From positions 126,666 through 190,665 of the forward strand of contig JBMOMC010000006.1 in assembly GCA_049325335.1 (NCBI GenBank): DNA of 64,000 nucleotides, given 5' to 3'. Of this stretch, positions 32,429 through 41,951 are shown piece by piece. This stretch comes from Nitrospirota bacterium (GTDB lineage: Bacteria; Nitrospirota; Nitrospiria; 2-01-FULL-66-17). The position numbers were made by a program, and so were the translations under genes. Position 1 is the first letter of the stretch; each line of letters begins with the position of its first letter. Under the pieces are notes generated by a model that was not told where the DNA came from, did no database searches, and worked only from the letters and a program-made list of their open reading frames with translations.

Positions 32429-32508
32429 CTCCAGCCGTACGCCACTCCCCGTGCGGGCGCTCGCGGCGTCTTGCAACCCGCCTCACCAGCTACCCCCCAG
32501 TCCGGCAT

Positions 32509-32537
32509 TGAATAATCGATCGGCCACCGTCGTCTGA
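32509..32537 (+). promoter_or_regulatory. Putative ECF-sigma promoter
   Basis: TGAATAA-N16-GTCTGA, 35 nt upstream of ATG 32573. Confidence 0.6.
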
Positions 32538-32572
32538 TTGGCCGTAGACCGACACGCGTAAGGAGGGGTGCC

Positions 32573-33340
32573 ATGGTACGAACACTGCTGTGGGGAATGA
32601 TCGTCGGCGTCGCGATCTGGGGTGCGGGACTGAACACGGTATTCGCGCACGATGAGGCGTGGGAGGACCGCTGGGATGAGGCGTCGGATGTGGAGGCCGC
32701 TCCGGACTTGGATCGGTTGTCGGCGTACGGGGAGTGGGTGTGGGAGCCCGCGCACGGCCGCGTATGGCGGCCGTATGTGGAGGCGGATTGGCGGCCGTAT
32801 TGGCGCGGCCACTGGAGCCGGCGCAACGAGTGGGTCTGGGTCTCGGCCGATCCCTGGGGCAATGCGCCGTTTCATTACGGGGAGTGGGCGTGGTCCCTTC
32901 GGTTCGGGTGGGTGTGGATTCCCGGCACGGTGTGGTCGCCCGCGCGGGTCACGTGGATCGTGGACGGACCGGTCATCGCCTGGGCGCCGGCCGGCCTGCA
33001 CATCACGATAGGATCCGATCCCAGATTTTGGGTGTATGCGGACATCGACCACTTCAACCGGCACATCGTGCGTCCGCATCGTCTGCCCCCGGCGTACCGG
33101 CACGTGCACCGCGGCGCGGTGATCCGGGACGTTGACCGCGTGGTAGCGCCGCATCGCCCGCCGAAACGCACGTTCCGGAACGAACGTTCGCGGGAGCGCA
33201 CGCACATGGTCAGCGACGAACGCCGCGTCAGTCCTCCGCGAGACCACCGTCCGAACCGCCGGTTCACCGTCGAGTCGCCCCGCGAACCAAACCGGGGCGC
33301 GGGCGTAGGACGAGGATTCGACCGGCGCGACGCCCGGTAA
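32573..33340 (+). CDS. Secreted Trp-rich repeat protein (DUF6600/YXWGXW-like)
   Basis: Signal peptide; YGEW, WRPY..G.W, PFHYG.W and WSPA.V.W; AGGAGG RBS. Confidence 0.8.
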   Translation: MVRTLLWGMIVGVAIWGAGLNTVFAHDEAWEDRWDEASDVEAAPDLDRLSAYGEWVWEPAHGRVWRPYVEADWRPYWRGHWSRRNEWVWVSADPWGNAPFHYGEWAWSLRFGWVWIPGTVWSPARVTWIVDGPVIAWAPAGLHITIGSDPRFWVYADIDHFNRHIVRPHRLPPAYRHVHRGAVIRDVDRVVAPHRPPKRTFRNERSRERTHMVSDERRVSPPRDHRPNRRFTVESPREPNRGAGVGRGFDRRDAR

Positions 33341-33517
33341 ATGAATCTGCATCTCACCCGAACGTGCTTGTTATGAGTTCCCCGCCTTGAGTCGGTACTC
33401 GTCGAATGCACGATCCGTGAGTTCCAGGTTCCAGATCGTGCGGGCTCAGGGTGCGGCGTCAACCTGGGATAGATGGGCAAGGGTGTTGCGCGATGAGTTG
33501 TCAGCGGAGCGGTGCGT

Positions 33518-35623
33518 TTATTCGGTTGCGGCGATCTCGCGGGCGCGTTGCTGGACCCAGGAGCGGGCTGCGGCCTGGGCCGGCGTGGCCAAGTCGAGGA
33601 ACCGTCGGTAGTGGTTCAGCGCCTCGGCTCGCCGGCCGACCGCGTCGAGCAGGCGGGCGACTTGGTAATGGCCTTCCGGGACGTTCGGGGCCAGGCGGAG
33701 CGCGGCCTCGAAGAGCGTGATCGCGGCGGCCTGCTCCCCGCGATCAAGGGAGAGCTTCGCGAGCGCGATGTGGGCGTCCACGTGTTCGGGATTGTGTTGG
33801 ATCGTGGTCTGGTACGCGGCCATTGCCTCGTCGATTCGTCCGAGGCGTTGCAAGGTTTGTCCCATCCCGTAGGTGGCTTGTGGTAAACGCGGATCGAGCG
33901 CGATCGCCCGCTGGAACTCCGCGATCGCGTCGTGATCCCGGCCTTGCTGTTGATGCACCGCGCCCAGATTGTTGTGCGACTCGGCGTCATCGGGATCGAG
34001 GCGGATGGCATCCTGGTATTCACGTCGGGCCTCGTCCAGGCGCCCCAGTCGCTGGTAGGTGAGGCCGAGGTGATAGGCGTCCTGCGCGTCCGTGGGTTTG
34101 AGCGCGCGAGCACGCTGGAACGCGGCGAGCGCTCCGTGCAGGTCTCCTCGGGCGAGCATCGCGCTGCCGAGGTTGCCTTGGGCGTCGTGGAAATCGGGAT
34201 TGGCGTCGGTCGCCGCCTTCCACGCCGCATACGCGTGGTCGGCGTCTCCGCGATCGTTATAGGCCACGCCGAGGCGGGTGAGTGCGCGCGGATTCCTGGG
34301 CGCCTTGGCCACGGTGTCCGACCAGAGGGAGAACTCCGTGGCCCACACGCGGTTGCGCTCGATCGTCCAACCGGTCCAGAGCAGGGTGAGGAGGGCGCCG
34401 ACGAGGACCGGGAGATACCGCTCGGGCCCGTGACGTCTCCAAAGACGAGCTCCCGCGAGCGCAAGCAGCAATGCGAGGCCCATCGACGGCAGGTAGAGCC
34501 GGTGTTCAAAAACCAAATCGAGCGGGATGAGACTCGACTCGATGGCAAGGTTGAGGAAGAACCATAACACGCCGAACGCCGGGAGGGGGAACCGGCGAAT
34601 GCGGGAGACCGCCCAGCCGATCCCCCCAAGGATTCCCAGCCAGGCCGCCAACGTGGCGGGCGGGTCGAGCCAGTCCCTGGAAATGGAGAACAGATAATCG
34701 AAATTCAGTCGCGAGGGGTGTGGCCACACGAGGAGGGTCAGATAATGGGCGATCACCCTCCCCTCGGTCAGGAGATGTTCGCGAAATGTGAACAATTGGA
34801 TGTTGGACCGGTGCGCGGTGAGCTGCGTCCAGAACGACCCCGTGACGTCGCCCCGCGCGGCCAAGACAGCCACCGCCGCGACGGGGACGGACAGCACCGC
34901 GAGCCACCGCAGCATGGCCAGCCCGGTGCGACGATCCGGCGGACCGAAGAAGCAGATTTCGGCGAGTACCACCGCGACCGGCAACGTCGCGGCGATCTCC
35001 TTGCTTCCCAGCGCCAGTGCGCCCGCTACGAGGCCCGCGATCCACCAGCGCGCGCGGCTCCATCCGGCGGTGAGACGTCCTTTGAGATACGCGGTCAACG
35101 CGAGCACGTAAAAGAGCGCGGCCAGGCTCGTCATCCGTTGGACAACGTAGGCGACCGCCTGGGTCTGGACGGGGTGGACGGCCCAGAGCAACGCGGCGCC
35201 CAGGGCGACGGGCCCCCGAAGGCCGCCCGCGGCGTCTCGCGTGCGGGAGAGCCCGAGCGCGACGAACACGAACGCGTACAATGCCAGTCCTGCGGCCGCG
35301 TGGATTGCCACGTTCACGAGATGGTATCCGATGACGCGGGATTCGCCCCAGTAATAGTTGAGCGCGAAAGTCAGGCTCGCCACGGGCCGGCGGTGCCACA
35401 GGGTTTGGCCCACGGCGGACGGGCTCAGGTCACGAAGCTGCAGCGCCGGGTCGTCCCTGAACGTCAGGTCGTCGAGGTGGAACTCTCCGTGCAGGCTGTT
35501 TGTATATGCGATGATCACGAATGCCGTGATCGCCAGGGCAGACGCCAGGTGCCACCGACGCGATGTTACCGCGAATGCGTTCGGTGTGTGCGGGGGAACC
35601 GGGCGGGGACGCGGACGAACCAT
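33518..35623 (-). CDS. TMTC-like GT-C glycosyltransferase with C-terminal TPR repeats
   Basis: FHLDD, YHLVNVAIH, HPVQTQAV..QR, SKE, EHRLYLPS and RNRVW; multiple TPRs. Confidence 0.85.
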   Translation of the reverse strand: MVRPRPRPVPPHTPNAFAVTSRRWHLASALAITAFVIIAYTNSLHGEFHLDDLTFRDDPALQLRDLSPSAVGQTLWHRRPVASLTFALNYYWGESRVIGYHLVNVAIHAAAGLALYAFVFVALGLSRTRDAAGGLRGPVALGAALLWAVHPVQTQAVAYVVQRMTSLAALFYVLALTAYLKGRLTAGWSRARWWIAGLVAGALALGSKEIAATLPVAVVLAEICFFGPPDRRTGLAMLRWLAVLSVPVAAVAVLAARGDVTGSFWTQLTAHRSNIQLFTFREHLLTEGRVIAHYLTLLVWPHPSRLNFDYLFSISRDWLDPPATLAAWLGILGGIGWAVSRIRRFPLPAFGVLWFFLNLAIESSLIPLDLVFEHRLYLPSMGLALLLALAGARLWRRHGPERYLPVLVGALLTLLWTGWTIERNRVWATEFSLWSDTVAKAPRNPRALTRLGVAYNDRGDADHAYAAWKAATDANPDFHDAQGNLGSAMLARGDLHGALAAFQRARALKPTDAQDAYHLGLTYQRLGRLDEARREYQDAIRLDPDDAESHNNLGAVHQQQGRDHDAIAEFQRAIALDPRLPQATYGMGQTLQRLGRIDEAMAAYQTTIQHNPEHVDAHIALAKLSLDRGEQAAAITLFEAALRLAPNVPEGHYQVARLLDAVGRRAEALNHYRRFLDLATPAQAAARSWVQQRAREIAATE

Positions 35624-35777
35624 CCGGGAACCAGTGTAACAGAGTCGGGATCCGACCACAAAAGCGCCGCGAGGGGAGGCGCGCGCATTGCATGATCTCC
35701 TGGTGGGCTATCCCGATTTCATGTGCTACACTGTTCGGCGTTCGAGTCCGTCATGCGAACTTAGAAGGAGAGTCGAC

Positions 35778-36101
35778 ATGGACAGTCCGGATCGCCGCCG
35801 CGGGGGACGGGTTCCCCACCTCGTGGAAATTCGGTATGCCAGCGACAGCCCGGTTTTGACCGCGCGCGTCACGGACGTGAGCGAGACCGGACTCTTCGTG
35901 GACGCGCGCAGCCCGTTGCCGGACGGCGCGCGCGTGACCTTCAGCTTCTTTCTGGGCAACTCGCCGTGGGATCAACCGGTTACGGGCGAAGGCAAGGTGG
36001 TGTGGCGTCAGGAAGGGGTGGGGATGGGCATCGAGTTTATTGCCGTCACGGACGAGGATCGCATGAAACTGAAACTCTTCCTGGGACGACAGGCGGCATA
36101 G
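35778..36101 (+). CDS. Single-domain PilZ c-di-GMP receptor
   Basis: RRRGGR (RxxxR), DVSETG (DxSxxG), VVW and GMGIEF. Confidence 0.88.
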   Translation: MDSPDRRRGGRVPHLVEIRYASDSPVLTARVTDVSETGLFVDARSPLPDGARVTFSFFLGNSPWDQPVTGEGKVVWRQEGVGMGIEFIAVTDEDRMKLKLFLGRQAA

Positions 36102-36110
36102 AAACGCTGC

Positions 36111-36195
36111 GCCGGTAGACCGGTTTTCCGGTTCGCCGGTGAAAGAGTTACCCCCATTCCGTGGAGTGGATTAACCGGCCAACCGGCTAACCGGT
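36111..36195. repeat. Octamer-periodic (CCGG) repeats between convergent genes
   Basis: GCCGGTAG|ACCGGTTT|TCCGGTTC|GCCGGTGA ... TAACCGGC|CAACCGGC|TAACCGGT. Confidence 0.6.
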
Positions 36196-37196
36196 AGTCG
36201 TCCCATCAGCCTGGCGAGCGCGGGCGAGCCGAATAAGCGAAATCCCCTGATCGCTTCGGGCGGATGTCCGGCCACGCACACGATCGGCACCTGGCCGACC
36301 ACGCCCATGATCAACGGCTTGCCGGACCGCATGGGCACCCCGTTGACCAACACGCCGGGAGCGCCCAACGCCGCAACCAGATCGCGGACGAATTCGCGGC
36401 CGTCCACCGCGGTACCGCCCGCGATGACGATCATTCCGCAGTGGGGCAACGCGGCGGTCACCGCGCGCTGGAACGTGTCGAAGTCGTCGCGGATCACGCC
36501 GTAGGCTCTGGGCACGCCACCTTCTCGCCGGATCAACGCGGAGAGCGCGGGGGTGTTGCAGTCCCAAATGGCGCCGGGGGTGAGGCGCGCGGTGTGGGGG
36601 ATGACCTCGTTGCCCGATCCGAAAATCCCGACGATCGGTCGCGCCGAGACCGCGACGGTGTCGATGCCCTGCGCCGCAATCAAAGAGATTTCGTCGGGGC
36701 CGATCAAGGTGCCTTTGGCCACAACCACGGTTCCTCGCGTGAGGTCGCATCCTTGAGCCTCGATGTTGGCGGCGGCCTGAACCGGCGACGAACAGGTTAC
36801 GCGTTGCCCGGCGCGTTTGGCGTCCCACGCCCTGATCACACCGCAGGCGCCGGCCGGCACCGCGCTGCCGGTGAACACTTCCCACGTGGCGTTGGGCGCG
36901 ATCTGTTTGGGCGCGGGATCTCCCGGGCGGATTGTTCCGGCGATGGTCAATGTAACGGGATTGGGATTGGACGCCGCGGTGGTGTCGTCCGCGTTGACGA
37001 GAAAACCTTCCACGATCGCGCGCGCGAACGGCGGGGAGTCCAACGTGGCGGAAATCGACTCCGCCGACACGCGATCGAGTGCCTCATCCAGCGTCACCCG
37101 CTCGACGGCGTTCGATCCCTCAGGGAATGCGTTCAGAAAACGCGCGAGCGCTTCTTGGACAGGATCCGGGCCCGAGGGATGTTGTGGTGACGACAC
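36171..37196 (-). CDS. moeA: MoeA-like molybdopterin biosynthesis protein, divergent and lacking domain IV
   Basis: DSPPF, FTGSAVPAGA, GSGNEV and GKP; only 341 aa. Confidence 0.75.
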   Translation of the reverse strand: MSSPQHPSGPDPVQEALARFLNAFPEGSNAVERVTLDEALDRVSAESISATLDSPPFARAIVEGFLVNADDTTAASNPNPVTLTIAGTIRPGDPAPKQIAPNATWEVFTGSAVPAGACGVIRAWDAKRAGQRVTCSSPVQAAANIEAQGCDLTRGTVVVAKGTLIGPDEISLIAAQGIDTVAVSARPIVGIFGSGNEVIPHTARLTPGAIWDCNTPALSALIRREGGVPRAYGVIRDDFDTFQRAVTAALPHCGMIVIAGGTAVDGREFVRDLVAALGAPGVLVNGVPMRSGKPLIMGVVGQVPIVCVAGHPPEAIRGFRLFGSPALARLMGRLPVSRLAG

Positions 37197-37199
37197 GAG

Positions 37200-38588
37200 C
37201 TAGGCGGGTGTGAACTCGCGGCCGGTGATGGCCGCCCGCCGTCGGCGAATCGCGGCCAGGATTTCGTTGTTCGTGGCGTACTTGAATTCCTCGACGCCGG
37301 CCTTCGCGGCTTCTTCGCGCTCGAGTTCGGTGAGGAGGTGGATGTCTTCTTTGGTGACCAGGTTCGGTTGACGCGATTCGAGGAGGGTTTTGAACCGTCC
37401 GCAGAAATCATCCAACTTGGCTGCGGGTTTGGCGCGGCGCCCGGCCAAATAGCGTTGCACGACTTCGGCGCACCATTCGCCGTCGCGTTTGGCAATACCG
37501 ACCAGGCCTTCGCTGGCTTTGCGCGCCCAGCCCGCCACGAACACGCCGTCCAGGGATTTGCCGGAGGCCTCGTCATACACCTGGAACCACGCGTCGTCTG
37601 GTTCGTTGCCGGACGGGGTCGGGTTGGTGATGAACATGCCGTTCTTGTAGGGGAGGCCCACGGTCTGGTCCACGCAGTCGCCGACCGCGAAGATGACGCT
37701 ATCGCAGGGAATCTCGTCCGCGGTCCCGGTGCCTTTCGCGGCCGTGTCGTCGCCCTTTTTTTCGAGTTTGGTATTTTCGACTTCGAGCGCGCGCACGCGA
37801 TTTTGCGCGTCTACCATGACCCGGCGCGGCGAGGAGAGAAAGCGGAACTTCATCATGGTCCCGCTGACCGGCGGGTCGGGCTTTTTGAACTCGCCGACCA
37901 TGTCGGACAGGATCTGGTCCGGGTTCTGGCCCACGGCTTCCAAGCGCTCGCGGATCCGCGAGAACTCACGCGACAAGGCGTCCTTGTCGATGTTCGCGCA
38001 GACCGCGTGGGTTTCCTTGGGGCTGTATTTGCGCTCGGCCGGACCGCGCCGCACGATGGCCGTGACCTCGCGCACCTTTTTATGCCGAATCAGCCAGTGG
38101 GCGATGTCGATCATCACGTCGCCGATACCGATCACGCACACGCGCTGGCCCACGTCGAACGGTTTCTCGGAGTAGCCGGGAAGTTGGTTGTAGTGGTAGA
38201 CCACGTCTTTGGCGTGAAACACGCCGGTGGCGCCGTCGCCGTCCACCCCGATGGTCTTAGTGCCTTGCGCGCCGGTGGAAAACACCACCGCGTCCGCGCC
38301 CGTGGTGCGAAGTTCCTCGACGGTCAGGTCACGGCCCTGCCCCACGGTGGCGTTCCCAAAATACAGCACGTTTGGGTTGCCAAGGATCTCTCGGTAGGTT
38401 TTTTGGAGGCCGGTGCGGAGGCGGTGTTTGCTCGGGAAAATCCCGTATTCAGCCAATCCGCCGACTTTGCAGTCGCGGTTCAGAATAATGACGCGATGGC
38501 CGTTCTTCGCAAATTGCGCGGCCGCGGACATACCGGCCGGCCCGGCACCGACCACGACAATTCCATGCCCTTCTTGTGGGTGACTCAT
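37200..38588 (-). CDS. FAD/NAD(P)-dependent oxidoreductase (adrenodoxin-reductase/ferredoxin-NADP reductase-like)
   Basis: VVGAGPAG, GGLAEYGI, IGIGDV, RRGP and AGWA. Confidence 0.85.
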   Translation of the reverse strand: MSHPQEGHGIVVVGAGPAGMSAAAQFAKNGHRVIILNRDCKVGGLAEYGIFPSKHRLRTGLQKTYREILGNPNVLYFGNATVGQGRDLTVEELRTTGADAVVFSTGAQGTKTIGVDGDGATGVFHAKDVVYHYNQLPGYSEKPFDVGQRVCVIGIGDVMIDIAHWLIRHKKVREVTAIVRRGPAERKYSPKETHAVCANIDKDALSREFSRIRERLEAVGQNPDQILSDMVGEFKKPDPPVSGTMMKFRFLSSPRRVMVDAQNRVRALEVENTKLEKKGDDTAAKGTGTADEIPCDSVIFAVGDCVDQTVGLPYKNGMFITNPTPSGNEPDDAWFQVYDEASGKSLDGVFVAGWARKASEGLVGIAKRDGEWCAEVVQRYLAGRRAKPAAKLDDFCGRFKTLLESRQPNLVTKEDIHLLTELEREEAAKAGVEEFKYATNNEILAAIRRRRAAITGREFTPA

Positions 38589-38725
38589 ACATGAACTCCG
38601 CTGTAGTCTGGATGTGAACGACAGAGTGCCCATCGTAGCCGAGGGTTTGGGGGGAAGTCAACGGGAAAAGCCCTGCTACTAGGCTTAAAGTCCCGGTGAA
38701 ATCAGGGAAATCTAGGCCGTTCGAC

Positions 38726-38882
38726 CTAGCCCGCTGCTGAAAAAGTCGACCGGTTGGCAGGCTGCTCAAAAGGTTCCGGCTGCAAGGCCGCAGGGAGGAG
38801 GAAACCGGAGCGTACTGTGTCGTACGTGAGGATTTCCGACGACCGAGAACGCCGCAGACGGACTTTTTCAGCAGCCTGCTAG
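38726..38882 (-). repeat. Structured repeat copy C, flanked by CTAG
   Basis: Minus strand CAGGCTGCTGAAAAAGT-core-CTTTTGAGCAGCCTG plus an extra outer IR. CTAG at 38726 and 38879. Confidence 0.88.
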
Positions 38883-40009
38883 TGGCCGGTGTACCGGCTC
38901 ACGCCGCCGTAGGTCCCGAACCACTTCGCGCCGGCAGCGTCGATGGCCACGGCGTAGACCGCGTCGTGGAACAGCCCGTCGAAGGTGGTGAATTTAGTGA
39001 ATCGACACACCGGCTTGCGGCCCGATCCGACCGCCGTACATGCGGCAGGGTCCATCCGGCTGACGCCGGCGTCCGTGCCGATCCATAACACGCCCTTGCG
39101 GTCGAATGCCAGCGCGCCGACCACGTTGCCCGCCAGCCCGTCCTGGGTCGTGTAGGTGACCCAGTGTTTGCCGTCAAAGCGCGTTAGCCCGCCGCCCCAG
39201 GTGCCGAACCATTTATTTTGAGCGTGGTCGATGACCGTTGCCAACACATAGTTGGGGTTGTAGTCGGATACCACGGCCTTCTCGGATTGTTCGTGGTGGG
39301 GGCTCGGGGCCGTGGGTGCAGGGTTATCCGACGCGCGCGGTAGGTCCGCGCCCAACCCGTCCTGATGCGTCCAACTCGTCCAGCGGCGGCCGTCGAACAT
39401 GGTCACGCCGCCTTCGGTGCCGAACCAGAACCGCTTGTCGCGATCCATGGCCATGGAATATACCCACTTGTCGATCAAGCCGTCGCCCGTGCTGTAGGTG
39501 GTGAACGTGTTGCCATTGAACCGGCTCGCGCCCTTCCACGTGGCCGCCCACAGGGTGCCGTCGGGCGTGAACATGGACTGGTATACCCACAAATCGCCGA
39601 TGCCTTCGCCGCGTTGGTAGCGTTGATAGGGCGCGCGGTAGTCGCCGGTCGTCCCTGCGCCGTACGGGGTGTAGGTCGTCCATTTCGTCTTGCCGTCGAA
39701 CCGCGTCAGGCCGCCGCCGTAGGTGCCGATCCAGACCGCGTTGTCGGGTGCGATCGTGATCCCCAGCACCACGTTGCTGAGCAGGCCGTCCTTGGTGGAG
39801 TAGACGCGGTTTTTTTCAGTCGGGATGTGGAACTTCATCACCCCGTTGGTGGTGCCGATCCAGATCGCATCGCCCTGGACCGCCAGCGCGCGGACCAACG
39901 CGCCCACGCGCCAACTGGTCCACTGGGTATCGGGTTGGGCGTGGGCGGGGAGGGCGGAGGTGAGGCTCGCGGCCAATGCCACGCGTACGATCGCTAGGCT
40001 TCGCCCCAC
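38879..40009 (-). CDS. Secreted beta-propeller protein (two-component regulator propeller repeats)
   Basis: Signal peptide; repeated W-x-G-T-x-G-G and Y-S/T-T-x-D-G-L motifs. Confidence 0.85.
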   Translation of the reverse strand: MGRSLAIVRVALAASLTSALPAHAQPDTQWTSWRVGALVRALAVQGDAIWIGTTNGVMKFHIPTEKNRVYSTKDGLLSNVVLGITIAPDNAVWIGTYGGGLTRFDGKTKWTTYTPYGAGTTGDYRAPYQRYQRGEGIGDLWVYQSMFTPDGTLWAATWKGASRFNGNTFTTYSTGDGLIDKWVYSMAMDRDKRFWFGTEGGVTMFDGRRWTSWTHQDGLGADLPRASDNPAPTAPSPHHEQSEKAVVSDYNPNYVLATVIDHAQNKWFGTWGGGLTRFDGKHWVTYTTQDGLAGNVVGALAFDRKGVLWIGTDAGVSRMDPAACTAVGSGRKPVCRFTKFTTFDGLFHDAVYAVAIDAAGAKWFGTYGGVSRYTGH

Positions 40010-40848
40010 TTCAATTTTTCTCGCAGGATTGCGTAGAAGTTTTTTTCCGGCGCGCGGATCAACGTGATCTTATGTTCCGCGGCTTTGACCTCGATCACGT
40101 CATCGGGCCGTAGCGTGAACCCGACCTGTCCGTCGAACGTGACCATGGCGCCGTCTTCGCGGCTCTTCATGGTCACGCTGATCGTGGCCGTGCCAGCCAT
40201 CACGATCGGTCGGTGCGTGAGCGTGTGCGGACAGATCGGGGTGAACACCAAGGCCTGCACGCTGGGGCTCACGATCGGCCCACCCGAAGACATGGAATAC
40301 GCGGTGGAACCGGTCGGGGTCGCGAGGATGAGGCCGTCGCCGCGCAGCGAGGTCACGAACTGGCCGTTGATCGACACTTCCAAACGAATCATGCGGGCCA
40401 ACACGCCCTTACTGATTACCGTGTCGTTCAGACAGTACGACGACACCACGCGCTCGCCCTGCCGATACACCTCGGCGCGGATCAGGAGTCGGGTATCCGG
40501 CGTGTACTCGGATTTGAAAATCTTTTCAAGCGTGGGGAAGAGTTCGTTGAGCGTGACCTCGGTCAGAAAGCCCAGGCCGCCGAGATTGACGCCCAGGATC
40601 GGCACGTCGCGTTTCTCCAGCAGGCGGGCCACGCTCAGCAAGGTTCCGTCGCCGCCAAGCACGATCATCAAATCCACCAACGGCGGAATTTGCGGCTTCG
40701 GCAGGCCGCCCTTGGCGCCGACGAGCGCCGCGGTGTCCACGTCGAGGCACACCGCTTTGCCGCGTTCGGCGAGCCACGTCATGAGCTGCTCCACCACGGG
40801 TTTGGCGGCCTGGTGGTGAGGTTTGGTAACGATCCCGACCGTATTCAC
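39994..40848 (-). CDS. nadK: NAD+ kinase
   Basis: LGGDGT, GVNLGGLGFL and TPTGSTAYSMS.GG. Confidence 0.96.
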   Translation of the reverse strand: MNTVGIVTKPHHQAAKPVVEQLMTWLAERGKAVCLDVDTAALVGAKGGLPKPQIPPLVDLMIVLGGDGTLLSVARLLEKRDVPILGVNLGGLGFLTEVTLNELFPTLEKIFKSEYTPDTRLLIRAEVYRQGERVVSSYCLNDTVISKGVLARMIRLEVSINGQFVTSLRGDGLILATPTGSTAYSMSSGGPIVSPSVQALVFTPICPHTLTHRPIVMAGTATISVTMKSREDGAMVTFDGQVGFTLRPDDVIEVKAAEHKITLIRAPEKNFYAILREKLKWGEA

Positions 40849-40874
40849 GCGTTTCCAGGACCCAACGTGCGCCC

Positions 40875-40903
40875 ATTGTAATGAGGGCGCTGGGGCGTGT
40901 CAA
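40875..40903 (-). promoter_or_regulatory. Sigma70 promoter of nadK
   Basis: TTGACA-N17-TACAAT. Confidence 0.75.
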
Positions 40904-41003
40904 TTTGCAAGCGGATACCAGGTGCGCGATGCAGCAACGCCACCCGCCCGGCCGCACAACGTGGCCGAACTGGTGGCGTTGACATAGTCAGTGCAGCCGG
41001 ACC

Positions 41004-41951
41004 TTAGCCGGGGCCGGTGCACGGCTCCGCGCTGAAACCTTCGCTTGGGAAGACTACAGTCTGGGTGTCGCCTCCATCCGGAGTGACATGAAGGGTTCCG
41101 CTGACGGGTGTTCCGTCGCCGCCATCGTTCCGGAACGTGAGCGGAAACCCCAGCGGCGTGTGGAGGGTTATCCCCACCGGCCCGTCAGTACAGGGCGCTT
41201 TAAAGGTCAGGTGACTAACATCGTTGATGGTAACCGTGGTGTTCTCACCTTGGTCGGCGACGTCGATATTGAGGGACGTGCTACCTAAATCAATCGTCAC
41301 GAGGTCGTTGCTTAGTTCTCCTTGGGCGTGAATCCGAACATCCACCAGTGAGCAGGTCCCGCCGTCTTGGGGACGATCAAGCCCTCCATTGTATGCCGGC
41401 TGCGTTAAATCCAGACTAAAACCCGTCAGCCTGGTGGCGAAATCGCCCACGCTAACCGTGGTGGTATTGCTAAACGCGGCGACCATCCTCCGAGGAACCT
41501 GGTGGGTCGGGCTACTTTCGTCAAGGTCCTCGAAGCACGTTTTCACGCCTTCCGGAAACGTCAGGGTTGCGCTGCCGTTCACGCTGTATGGACCGTTTGC
41601 GCAGTTGACAAATTGCGCGGAAACCGTACCCGGCGCTTGTCCGGACAAATTCACGTTTCCGCCGGTGTTGTCACATGTGATGGATGTCCGCTCCGGGAAT
41701 TCCCCCACACCGAGAAAGAGACTCCCTCCGGGTTTCAACGGAGTTGATGGCGACGGCACAATGGCCTCGTTCACCACGAACAGGCCCGCGGCCACACCCG
41801 CTGTCGCGGCTGTCGCGGCGGATACACCCATGCCGCTGGGCACGGGATCTCCGAACACCTCTCCCTCGATCTTGTCCTTCGCGGCTTGGCACGCCCCAAA
41901 TACCAGTGCGCCCACACCAAGTGCGAGCACAAAGCCGCGTCTCCACAACAT
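41004..41951 (-). CDS. Hypothetical lipoprotein
   Basis: AGGAGG RBS; lipobox LVFGAC; G/T-rich beta sequence with Cys residues. Confidence 0.75.
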   Translation of the reverse strand: MLWRRGFVLALGVGALVFGACQAAKDKIEGEVFGDPVPSGMGVSAATAATAGVAAGLFVVNEAIVPSPSTPLKPGGSLFLGVGEFPERTSITCDNTGGNVNLSGQAPGTVSAQFVNCANGPYSVNGSATLTFPEGVKTCFEDLDESSPTHQVPRRMVAAFSNTTTVSVGDFATRLTGFSLDLTQPAYNGGLDRPQDGGTCSLVDVRIHAQGELSNDLVTIDLGSTSLNIDVADQGENTTVTINDVSHLTFKAPCTDGPVGITLHTPLGFPLTFRNDGGDGTPVSGTLHVTPDGGDTQTVVFPSEGFSAEPCTGPG

